From: Propionibacterium ruminifibrarum | GTDB lineage: Bacteria > Actinomycetota > Actinomycetes > Propionibacteriales > Propionibacteriaceae | Reading direction: 5' to 3' | Length of the DNA: 32,000 bases | Assembly (NCBI RefSeq): GCF_900289195.1 | Contig: NZ_OMOH01000006.1 | Coordinates: 148,318-180,317, forward strand | Program-made: the position numbers and the translations under genes | Shown: piece by piece, positions 9,592-17,147 of the stretch | How positions within the stretch are numbered: the stretch's first letter is position 1 | Layout of the letters: each line of letters opens with the position of its first letter | Notes under the pieces: model-generated | What the model was told of the DNA's origin: nothing | Databases searched by the model: none | Seen by the model: only the letters and a program-made list of their open reading frames with translations

Positions 9592-10068
9592 TCACTGCCC
9601 GCCGCCCGCACCGAAGTCGACGATCTCGTCCCCGGCCATGCTCCCGTCGGGCCACACGGCCCGCACGATGCCGGCTGCCGCGAGGGCCTTGCGGCAGCCG
9701 GGACAGGGCTCATCGGTGACGTAGATCGTGGCGCCCTTGGTGTCGCGCGTGCTGAACAGCAGCGCATTGACCTCCGCGTGGATGGCGATGCAGAAACCGG
9801 GGGTGCCCGGGCGGTCGTAGTCCCCCAGGCCCGGCACCTCGCCGTAGCCCAGGCGCCCACGCGGGCAGGCGCCTTCGAGGCAGTCCGGACGGCCCGGGGC
9901 GGCGCCGTTGTAGCCGGTGGCGATGATCCTGTGGTCGGGCCCCACGAGTACGGCGCCGACACGGCGGCGCGTGCACTTGGCCCGCGCCGAGACCGCCTGG
10001 GCAATGCCCAGGAAGTACTCGTCCCAGCCGGGAACGGTGATCCGCTGCCCTGGTTGCATCATGGCCAT
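9592..10068 (-). CDS. deoxycytidylate (dCMP)/cytidine deaminase family protein
   Basis: The zinc motifs HAEVNAL and PCPGC are present. The start is ambiguous between the GTG at 10074 and the ATG at 10068. A TACCCT hexamer (10076-10081, minus strand) ends 7 nt before the ATG at 10068 and there is no SD, so a leaderless start is possible. Confidence 0.8.
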   Translation of the reverse strand: MAMMQPGQRITVPGWDEYFLGIAQAVSARAKCTRRRVGAVLVGPDHRIIATGYNGAAPGRPDCLEGACPRGRLGYGEVPGLGDYDRPGTPGFCIAIHAEVNALLFSTRDTKGATIYVTDEPCPGCRKALAAAGIVRAVWPDGSMAGDEIVDFGAGGGQ

Positions 10069-10146
10069 GCCCACTAGGGTACGGCCCGCGACGAGGCACC
10101 GAAGGCCTTGTCCCGACCGCGAACACGACCCGTCACGCCGTGGCTC

Positions 10147-11061
10147 TCAGATCTCGATGTCCTCGTACGACCTGGCGTCGTGGAGCGGCTCGACGTGCAC
10201 CGTGACCCGCAGGTCCGGTTCGACGCCCCGCAGCTCGTCGACGATGTCCTCGGCCAGGTCGTGGCTGGTCTTGACACTCCACTCATCGGGCACGAGCAGG
10301 TGGAACTCCATGAAGCGGCGGTTCCCGCTCTCGCGGGTGCGCACAGCGTGGAAGCTGATGTCACGGGTGCGCCGACCCTCGAGCACCTCCGTGAGACGCG
10401 CCTCGAGCTCGGGCGGCAGGGCGATGTCCATGAGGCCGTCCACCGAGCTCTTCACCAGGCCGACACCGATGCGCACGATGTTCACGCCGGCGATGATGGC
10501 GACGATCGGGTCGAGGCGCGCCCAGCCGGTCAGCGCGACCAGGCCGACGCCCACGAGCACGGCCACCGACGTGATGACATCGGTCATGAGGTGCCGGCCG
10601 TCGGCCGAGAGGGTGGCCGACCGCAGCCGATCGCCGCGGCGGATGAGCAGCAGGCCGACGGCGGCGTTGATCACCGCGCTGACGCCGCTGATGATGAGAC
10701 CGATCCCCAGCTGCTCGGGCATCTGCGGTCGGATCAGCCGCTCGATCGCCTGCCAGACGATGACGGCAGCGGCGATGAGCACCATGACGCCTTCGACCGC
10801 CGCGGAGAAGTACTCGGCCTTGGAGTGGCCGAAGGGGTGGTTCGCGTCCGGCGGGCGGATGGAGATCTTCAGCATGGCCAGGGCCATGACGGCCGCGGCC
10901 AGGTTGACGAGCGATTCGAGGGCGTCCGACAGCAGCGAGACCGAGCCGGTCAGGGCGGCGGCACCGCCCTTGAGCAGGATGGTCGTCAGGGCGGCGGCGA
11001 TGGAGAGCCACGCGTAACGACTCAGGTCGACCGGCGGGCTGTACCGGGGCGCGTTCGTCAT
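10147..11061 (-). CDS. cation diffusion facilitator (CDF) family metal efflux transporter
   Basis: It has six hydrophobic helices plus a cytoplasmic C-terminal domain. CDF-like motifs are present (SLLSDALESLVN, HPFGHSKAEY, HLMTDVITS). The start is set at MTNAPRY (11061). Confidence 0.9.
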   Translation of the reverse strand: MTNAPRYSPPVDLSRYAWLSIAAALTTILLKGGAAALTGSVSLLSDALESLVNLAAAVMALAMLKISIRPPDANHPFGHSKAEYFSAAVEGVMVLIAAAVIVWQAIERLIRPQMPEQLGIGLIISGVSAVINAAVGLLLIRRGDRLRSATLSADGRHLMTDVITSVAVLVGVGLVALTGWARLDPIVAIIAGVNIVRIGVGLVKSSVDGLMDIALPPELEARLTEVLEGRRTRDISFHAVRTRESGNRRFMEFHLLVPDEWSVKTSHDLAEDIVDELRGVEPDLRVTVHVEPLHDARSYEDIEI

Positions 11062-11219
11062 GGCCCCAGTATGACCGCGAATCCCGCCCCACGCACCCAA
11101 GCAAGTCCTTACTCACTAGGCGTTTTACCCTGTCACCAGGGGCTATGCGGCACCCCCGGCGGCAACCGGGGGCACTCCTGGCGCGCCCTGGACCGCCCGG
11201 TGGGCCGCCCCGCGCCGGT

Positions 11220-11225
11220 TAGGCT
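11220..11225 (+). promoter_or_regulatory. candidate -10 hexamer (TAGGCT) for a leaderless patatin transcript
   Basis: A TANNNT-type hexamer ends 7 nt before the ATG at 11233, and no SD-like sequence lies between them. This spacing is typical of leaderless actinobacterial mRNAs. Confidence 0.3.
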
Positions 11226-11232
11226 GGTCGCC

Positions 11233-12750
11233 ATGCCACGTCCAGCATGGTTCGGCCTGCCGCCCTTCCTCGGCCAGGAACGCTCACCAGGGGAACACTC
11301 GCAGGTGCAGGGGCTGGTCATCGCAGGCGGCGGTGCGAAGGCCAGTTTCCAGATCGGCGCGCTGCGTTATCTGTACGAGCACGAGCACATCGCACCGACG
11401 GTGATCACCGCCACCTCGGCCGGTTCGATCCTGGGCGCGTTGCTGGCCCAGTTCGAGGACCCGGCCGAGCAGGAGGCGGCGCTGCGCCGTATCGAGGACC
11501 TGTGGTTGTCGATGCAGACCGACGCCGACATGTTCACCGAGCGGGCCTGGTTCACCCGTCTGCTCGCCCACCAGGACCTGCTCGCGAGCCTGCGCGAGAT
11601 GGAGGAGAGGAGGGCCGGCAGGGACACCCGGGTCACCATGCGGCTGAGGGGCCGCCGTGGTGACGTGGCGGACGCCGCCGACGAAGGACGAGGAGCCGGG
11701 GAGGGCCCGCTGGCCGGGCTCACCCCGCAGGAGCGCACCCTGGCGCTCGCCATGTCCGAGGAACCGGGCGAGCCGGTGGAGTTCAACGCCAACCTGGTCT
11801 ACCAGCTCCTGTCCGAGCTGCCCCGCATCGGCCGCATCGGTTCCGACCTGACCGCAGCGGTACGGGGGCTGGAGAGCAACCGCTCGCTCTACCGCCCCGG
11901 CCCGCTGCTGGAGCGACTGCTGAGCCGCGACTTCTTCCGATCGGAACTGGTGGCCTCCTCGGGCGTCACCTTCCGGTGCGCCATCGTCGGCCTGGGCAGC
12001 GGCGAGCTGCGGTACATGCGCGAGGACGGCAAGATCGTCGACCGCGACGACCACCCCCTGGACGGCCCCGGTTTCGACGTGACGATGGGCACCCTCGCCT
12101 CCTGCTCGGTGCCCGGGATCTTCCGGCCCGTCGAGATGAACGGCGAATGGTACGTCGACGGCGGCGTCCGCGAGAACGTCCCCGTCGAGGCGGCGGTCAA
12201 GAACCTGGGTGTCACCCAGCCCTTCGTCATCGTCTCCTCGCCTCCCGGCGCCTCGCCGAGCCCCCGGACCGGTGAGGGCAACATCCTGTCGATCCTGTTC
12301 CGCGTCGAGTCGATCCGCGCCGACGAGTCCGAACGCGACGAGGTCGCCTACGCCCGCGCGGCGGGCGCCACCGTCATCGAACCCGAGATCCTCATCCATG
12401 ACGCGATGACGATCGACCCGGGTCTGCTGTCCATCAACCGTGACTACGGCTGGATCCGCGCCGCCGAGGCCACCCGGGAGGCGTCGTGCCAGGCCCAGGC
12501 GGCCCACCGCGAGATCATCCGCACCCGCCTGAGGGCGTGGCGTCTGGAGAAGGCCGCTCTGGCCCACGACGAGCACGTCCTCGACACCGAGCCCGGCTCG
12601 GTGCTCGCCCTGCCGGGCGACCTGGCGGAGACCAAGAAGGCGCTGCGGGCCATGATCGAGCGCGCCGACCGGAGTTTCCTACCGGACGGCGGCGAGGGCT
12701 GGTGGAATCGCTTCGAGGGCCACCCGCGGACGGGAGACGCGCATGTCTGA
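11233..12750 (+). CDS. patatin-like phospholipase family protein
   Basis: It has the oxyanion motif GGGAKASF, a nucleophile motif ATSAG (a variant of GxSxG) and the catalytic Asp in VDGGV. It forms the 3' part of track ORF 10108..12750. Confidence 0.85.
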   Translation: MPRPAWFGLPPFLGQERSPGEHSQVQGLVIAGGGAKASFQIGALRYLYEHEHIAPTVITATSAGSILGALLAQFEDPAEQEAALRRIEDLWLSMQTDADMFTERAWFTRLLAHQDLLASLREMEERRAGRDTRVTMRLRGRRGDVADAADEGRGAGEGPLAGLTPQERTLALAMSEEPGEPVEFNANLVYQLLSELPRIGRIGSDLTAAVRGLESNRSLYRPGPLLERLLSRDFFRSELVASSGVTFRCAIVGLGSGELRYMREDGKIVDRDDHPLDGPGFDVTMGTLASCSVPGIFRPVEMNGEWYVDGGVRENVPVEAAVKNLGVTQPFVIVSSPPGASPSPRTGEGNILSILFRVESIRADESERDEVAYARAAGATVIEPEILIHDAMTIDPGLLSINRDYGWIRAAEATREASCQAQAAHREIIRTRLRAWRLEKAALAHDEHVLDTEPGSVLALPGDLAETKKALRAMIERADRSFLPDGGEGWWNRFEGHPRTGDAHV

Positions 12751-13105
12751 GCACGGGGACCACGGCGGCCGGGACGAGGGGACCGCCCCCGGAAAGGCCC
12801 TGGCCGGCGCCCGGGTGATGGACGAGTCCGGCGTCCTCATCGGCCGGGCCCTGGGGTTTTGGCAGGACGAGGACACCGGTGTGCTGACCTTCGTGGGCGT
12901 GCGGGACGGGGTGCTGGGCAGCAGACGCCACCTGATCCCGCTGGCCGCCGCCGAGATCGGGTACGAACGCATCGACGTCCCCTACAGCCGGTCTCAGGTG
13001 ATGGCCTCGCCGGCCTTCGAGGCGGGTCGCGCGGTCCTCGACGAGGACGAGGCGGCGGTCTGCGTCCACTACGGCCTCACGAGCCCCACCCCCTGGCTGG
13101 AGTGA
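12743..13105 (+). CDS. PRC-barrel domain protein (second copy)
   Basis: It encodes 120 aa. The ATG overlaps the patatin stop by 8 nt (ATGTCTGA) and GGGAGA lies upstream. The layout matches 9172..9522 (V.D..G..IG......D..TG...FV.V......R.LIPL....I....I.VPY, then a ...E.....YG segment). Confidence 0.7.
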   Translation: MSEHGDHGGRDEGTAPGKALAGARVMDESGVLIGRALGFWQDEDTGVLTFVGVRDGVLGSRRHLIPLAAAEIGYERIDVPYSRSQVMASPAFEAGRAVLDEDEAAVCVHYGLTSPTPWLE

Positions 13106-13200
13106 GACGCCGGCGGCTCAGGAAGAACGTTGCCCACCGACCCGTCGGCAGGGCCCATGGGACGAATACGCCGAGGAGCGCGGCGAATCAGCGTCTCCCA

Positions 13201-14229
13201 CTAGCAACGCCGATAGCTCCAATAGCCGGGATGCCAGCGGCCCCACCAGTCGAAGTAGGGATAGGGCACCCAGTACTGGCAGTAGCCACCGTTCTGCGAA
13301 GAGTCCCGGCCTCTTCTGTACGCCGAGTCGTCGTCATCATCGTCATCGTCGTCGTCATCATCGTCATCGTCGTCGTCATCGGTATCGCGCTGGGGCGCCG
13401 GGATCTTGGGGCCGGTGTCGTTCCCGGCGCTGTTCCCGGCACCCTCGGCCTTCTCGTCCGAGGGGTTTTCCTCCTCCTGCTGCTGTTCCGCAGCAGCCTG
13501 CTCGGCAGCTTTTTGAGAAGCGGCGATGCCGGCGGCCGTGGCCGTGTCCTGTCTCGTCCCGGACAGCTCGAGTTTCACGGCCGACATCTTCTGCGTCGAC
13601 TCATCGATGGGAGCCGGATCGTTGTCGGCCGAACCCTGGTCGCGGATGCCGGGTGCGGCGTCGTAGAGGGCGGTGGCCTCCTCGATCTTGGTCTTGAGGT
13701 CCTCGCGCACCCCGTCGTCGGGCAGCTGGCCGGCCGAGTCGTCGTACACGGTCCAGGCGGCCTTGATCTCGTCCTGGAGTTCATCGGCGGCCTGCATGTT
13801 CTGGTACGAGGAGATCGACACCGACAGGTGGAGGCTGTCGGTGTCGAGGGCATCCTTCGCGGCGTTGAGATCGGACGTGGCGCCCCTGAGGGCGTCGAGC
13901 TGGTCGCGGCTGGTGCAGGTCAGATCCATGCGCACCTGACGCTCCGCGCCGGAGACCGCGGCGATGAGCTCGGCGGCGCCCTCGCTGTCCTTGTAGCCGT
14001 CCGTGGCATCGGCGCTCTCGAGGATCGGCTTGGTCGCGGTGACCGCGTCCACGTAGTCATCAATGGCCTGGTCGGCGGCGCTGATGGCTGCGGCGCAGTC
14101 ATTTCTCAGCTCCGTCTTGTACCGGTGGACGCCGAAGGCGGTGCCGGAGCCCGCCAGCAGGAGTGCACAGACAACAGCGCCGACGATGGCACGCCTGGGA
14201 TGCCTCGCCCTCTCTGCCCTGCCTGTCAT
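13201..14229 (-). CDS. hypothetical signal-anchored protein with a helical ectodomain, an 18-Asp tract and a Cys-bracketed aromatic C-terminus
   Basis: The start is set at MTGRAERARHPRRAIVGAVVCALLLAGSG (14229, GAAAGAG upstream). High third-position GC begins there, whereas codons upstream in the same frame are GC3-poor. I recognise no family. Confidence 0.7.
   Translation of the reverse strand: MTGRAERARHPRRAIVGAVVCALLLAGSGTAFGVHRYKTELRNDCAAAISAADQAIDDYVDAVTATKPILESADATDGYKDSEGAAELIAAVSGAERQVRMDLTCTSRDQLDALRGATSDLNAAKDALDTDSLHLSVSISSYQNMQAADELQDEIKAAWTVYDDSAGQLPDDGVREDLKTKIEEATALYDAAPGIRDQGSADNDPAPIDESTQKMSAVKLELSGTRQDTATAAGIAASQKAAEQAAAEQQQEEENPSDEKAEGAGNSAGNDTGPKIPAPQRDTDDDDDDDDDDDDDDDDDDSAYRRGRDSSQNGGYCQYWVPYPYFDWWGRWHPGYWSYRRC
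13327..13380 (-). repeat. 21-bp tandem repeat (about 2.6 copies) encoding D18
   Basis: The unit gtcgtcgtcatcatcgtcatc occurs at 13327-13347 and 13348-13368, followed by a partial copy gtcgtcgtcatc at 13369-13380. It is in frame within CDS 13201..14229. Confidence 0.9.
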
Positions 14230-14782
14230 ATGGCTCTTTCGTTCGCTTGCACGGGCCGCAGCAGACGGTGTGGACGACGACCAGTCGTCCCGCCGTTCAG
14301 CGCCCGACTCGTCCAAGCATGTGCCGGGGTGTACGCGGACCGAGTGACGTCCAGGCTCAGAGCTCGTTCTTGGGAGAACCTCAGCAGTCACACAGCCCTC
14401 ACGGGAAACCTGAGTCACAGATTCCCAGGGTTCCGGTTGATGGCGCATGGCGCCCGGAACCCGAGGGGGATCTCGTGCCCAGACCTCCCTGACTGCTACT
14501 ACTTCGGGCGGAGGGCACACCGGCCACCCGACCAGAAACAGACCGCAGTCGCCTTAGTCTATCGCGCAGGACACTGCCATGGCCAAAGTCATGCCACAAA
14601 TCCTGCAATGTGGACAACCCGTGCGGGCCGGTCATGCCCAACAGCCCCTGATGCGTTTCCCGATGACCCGCACCGGCTGCATCCACCTGCCTCCCGGACC
14701 GGGATCATCCGGGATCGCCCCGACCGGGCGGGGAACGGCAGCCAACGCATTCAGTGTCGCATCCAGTCGCCGGCTGGACGAG

Positions 14783-14855
14783 TGCCCCCACGGGGGCTCG
14801 AACCCCGGACCCAAGGATTAAAAGTCCCTTGCTCTGCCAGCTGAGCTATGGAGGC
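14783..14855 (-). tRNA. tRNA-Lys (anticodon UUU)
   Basis: It folds as a cloverleaf by hand: acceptor GCCTCCA/TGGGGGC, D arm GCTC-AGCTGGCA-GAGC, anticodon loop CTTTTAA, T arm CGGGG-TTCGAGC-CCCCG, discriminator A. CCA is not encoded. Confidence 0.9.
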
Positions 14856-14949
14856 AGGACTCATATTAGCCGCTCACCCGACGGGCGGTATCGTGCACGA
14901 CGACGGCCGGTCCCGCGACGGGCCGAACCCTCGACCCTGGCGGCCAAAG

Positions 14950-14980
14950 GCTCAACCTCAACCTCGGCTTGAGGTTGAGC
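14950..14980. other. perfect 12-bp inverted repeat (hairpin/palindrome) in the tRNA-Lys / NlpC-P60 intergenic region
   Basis: The arms are gctcaacctcaa (14950-14961) and ttgaggttgagc (14969-14980) with a 7-nt spacer cctcggc. No U-tract is present on either strand. Confidence 0.6.
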
Positions 14981-15305
14981 GCCCGACGACCCTCAGGCTG
15001 TTTTCAGCCTCCCCTCAGATGGTTGGGCACACCACCCGCGAGCACAGTAAAACACCTGGTCAGAGCAGTGTTTGACGGAGGCCGGCAGAAGCGCCGGGGC
15101 GCCGCGCCCAGGGTCGGGCGACAGTTCGGCCGAAGTCTCAACCGGCCCTTCAGGTGCCTTGTGAGCCCCTCGGACATCTGCCTAAGTTCCTTCCAGCCCT
15201 GGGGCACCGGCGTGACGACCGCGAGTCGTCGGGGAAGACGCCTCGCCTCAGGGCACAGACCTCTCACACCACGCGGCTCGAGCAAGGCCGTGGGAAGGAC
15301 CAGCA

Positions 15306-16805
15306 GTGAACGACCCCTTCGCGAAAACGGCGCGCATCGCCGTCACCTCGTCGCTGGTGGCTGCCAGTCTGGCCACCGCCGGACTCGTTCTGAGCCCACT
15401 GGCGCAGGCCGACTACTCAGACCTGTCCGCGACGACCGACGTGAATGTGCGCACCTCGCCGGACACGAACGGCGAGATCGTCGCAGTGCTCTCCGCCGGC
15501 GACACCGTCACCCAGCGCGGTGTCGAGCAGGACGGCTGGCTGCCGATCATCTACAACGGCACGAACGCGTGGGTGCAGGCCCAGTACGTGTCCAGCACCA
15601 CCGTCATCACGACCGACACCACCGTCGGCACCGCCACGACGACCGCTGACGCCTACGTCCGTTCCGATGCCGACCCGACCAGCTGGATCATGGGCACCCT
15701 GTCCGAGGGCACCACGGTCTCGATCACGGGCGACCCGGTCGGCAACTGGACGCCCGTCAACTACTACGGCCGCGCGGGCTGGATCGCCACGAGTCTCCTC
15801 GCCGATGCCGGCCAGGAGTCCGCCGGCACCATCGTCAGCGCCATCTCCCAGGACTACCTGTGGGTCCGCACCGGCACCAGCACCGCCTTCACCTCGATCG
15901 GCATGCTCTACCCGGGCGACGAGGTCGCCGTCACCGGAACCCCGTTCGCCGGCTGGGTGCCCGTGAGCTTCAACGGCCAGGACGCCTGGGTCGCCGCGAA
16001 TTACTCGCGCTACGTCACCGATCCCACGACGATCGCGCTCGTGGCGAGCACCACCTCGACCGAGGACGCCGAGGCACCGGCAGAGGAGGCCACGCCGCCC
16101 GCCGAGGAGGCACCGGCAGAGGAGACGACACCGCCGGTCGAGGAGACCACGCCGCCGGCCGAGGAGGCACCCGTCGAGGAGGCACCGGTCGAGGAGGCCC
16201 CGGCCACGACCACCAAGTGGGCCGCCGATGACGTCAACGTCCGCACCGGCCCCGGCCTCGACTACGAGGTCGTCGACGTCCTCGACCAGGGCGACACCAT
16301 GGAGGCCACTGGCGTCACCAATGGGGACTGGACCGAGATCATCTACGGCGGGGCCTCCCGCTGGGTCAACAGCGCCTACGTCTCCGACACCGAGGTCGCC
16401 CCCTACGAGGCCCCGGCTCCCTCCCAGCCCGAGGTCGCCAGCTACAGCAGCGGCGACGCCGTCCAGACCGCGATCGACTTCGCCTACTCCAAGCTGGGCG
16501 GGCCCTACGTGTGGGGCGGTACCGGACCGGTCGGCTATGACTGCTCCGGTCTGATGCAGGCCGCCTACGCTGCGGCCGGCATCTCGATCCCCCGGGTCAC
16601 CTGGGACCAGGTGAACGCCGGCACACCGGTCTACTCGACCGATGACCTACAGCCCGGCGACTTGGTGTTCTACTACGACAACGGCCACGTCGGCATGTAC
16701 ATCGGCGACGGCCTGGTGCTGAACGCCCAGAACGAGAGCACCGGCATCGTCATCTCCGGGCTGTACGACATGGCTCCGATCTCGGCGATGGTGCGCATCG
16801 TCTGA
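15306..16805 (+). CDS. secreted cell-wall hydrolase: signal peptide, four SH3b-like repeats, E/P-rich linker and a C-terminal NlpC/P60 (C40) peptidase domain
   Basis: It starts at a GTG with GGAAGGA upstream. The signal peptide ends ...SPLAQA. There are four repeats of the form (V/Y)VR(T/S)....G.....G..V....(W).(V/I).Y.G...W(V/I). The NlpC/P60 core is YVWGGTGPVGYDCSGL ... GHVGMYIGDG. Confidence 0.9.
   Translation: MNDPFAKTARIAVTSSLVAASLATAGLVLSPLAQADYSDLSATTDVNVRTSPDTNGEIVAVLSAGDTVTQRGVEQDGWLPIIYNGTNAWVQAQYVSSTTVITTDTTVGTATTTADAYVRSDADPTSWIMGTLSEGTTVSITGDPVGNWTPVNYYGRAGWIATSLLADAGQESAGTIVSAISQDYLWVRTGTSTAFTSIGMLYPGDEVAVTGTPFAGWVPVSFNGQDAWVAANYSRYVTDPTTIALVASTTSTEDAEAPAEEATPPAEEAPAEETTPPVEETTPPAEEAPVEEAPVEEAPATTTKWAADDVNVRTGPGLDYEVVDVLDQGDTMEATGVTNGDWTEIIYGGASRWVNSAYVSDTEVAPYEAPAPSQPEVASYSSGDAVQTAIDFAYSKLGGPYVWGGTGPVGYDCSGLMQAAYAAAGISIPRVTWDQVNAGTPVYSTDDLQPGDLVFYYDNGHVGMYIGDGLVLNAQNESTGIVISGLYDMAPISAMVRIV
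16062..16206 (+). repeat. degenerate tandem repeats encoding an E/A/P/T-rich linker
   Basis: Units of the gaggaggcaccggc/gaggagacNacgccgcc type recur. The product is EDAEAPAEEATPPAEEAPAEETTPPVEETTPPAEEAPVEEAPVEEAPA. Confidence 0.7.
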
Positions 16806-16833
16806 TGACGCGCTGAGACAAGGCGAACAGGTG

Positions 16834-16874
16834 GCGGCTCGGGCACCCGGTTTCTTTCCAGGGGCCCGAGCCGC
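16834..16874 (+). terminator. candidate terminator hairpin after the NlpC/P60 gene
   Basis: An 11-bp perfect stem (gcggctcgggc / gcccgagccgc) with a 19-nt loop starts 29 nt after the stop codon. Confidence 0.35.
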
Positions 16875-16891
16875 TACCATGTTCGTCGCGA

Positions 16892-16967
16892 GTCCCCATC
16901 GTCTAGCGGCCTAGGACCCCACCCTTTCAAGGTGGTAACACGGATTCGAATTCCGTTGGGGATACCA
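16892..16967 (+). tRNA. tRNA-Glu (anticodon UUC), CCA encoded
   Basis: Cloverleaf by hand: acceptor GTCCCCA/TGGGGAT, D arm GTCT-AGCGGCCTA-GGAC, anticodon stem CCACC/GGTGG with loop CTTTCAA, T arm ACGGA-TTCGAAT-TCCGT, then ACCA. Confidence 0.9.
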
Positions 16968-16968
16968 C

Positions 16969-16999
16969 GACCGGGGCGGCACCACGTGCCGCCCCGGTC
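16969..16999 (+). terminator. strong GC hairpin immediately after tRNA-Glu
   Basis: gaccggggcggcac / gtgccgccccggtc form a 14-bp perfect inverted repeat with a 3-nt centre, and only a weak T-rich tail follows. Confidence 0.45.
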
Positions 17000-17147
17000 T
17001 GCTGGTTCGGGCAGGCCCACGCGCAGCCGGGCCCTGAAGTCTTCCACCGGGTGAAAGCCGTGTGTCACCATTCACCTACGGCGCAGGGTCCATGGCGGAG
17101 CCTTCACGCGCCCGACACCGGCGAGCCACACCAGGGGAGCATTTCTC

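Noticed and set aside
10108-11232. The N-terminal 375 codons of track ORF 10108..12750, and the antisense ORF 11284..12576.
   Set aside because: The first is antisense to the CDF transporter and the second is antisense to patatin. Neither has recognisable motifs. Patatin motifs begin only after the ATG at 11233.
13327-13380. Regular short repeats that might suggest a CRISPR-like or minisatellite array.
   Set aside because: The units are contiguous with no spacers and lie in frame inside a CDS, where they encode poly-Asp. This is a coding tandem repeat.
14579-14821. The 80-aa ORF (MAKVMPQILQ...) next to and overlapping tRNA-Lys.
   Set aside because: It overlaps the tRNA gene on the opposite strand, has poor codon bias and shows no recognisable motif.
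12859-14844. The 661-aa plus-strand ORF spanning the PRC-barrel gene, the poly-Asp gene and tRNA-Lys.
   Set aside because: It is antisense to a gene with good codon bias, contains an IVVV repeat that mirrors the poly-Asp tract, and runs through a tRNA. It is a shadow ORF.
14856-15305. A c-di-AMP (ydaO/yuaA) riboswitch upstream of the NlpC/P60 gene.
   Set aside because: This is a common arrangement in Actinomycetota, but I could not find the conserved GAAUC, GGGGUGAAUC or CAGCUAACCUCG-like blocks on the plus strand. It is left as an open question pending cmscan, not called.
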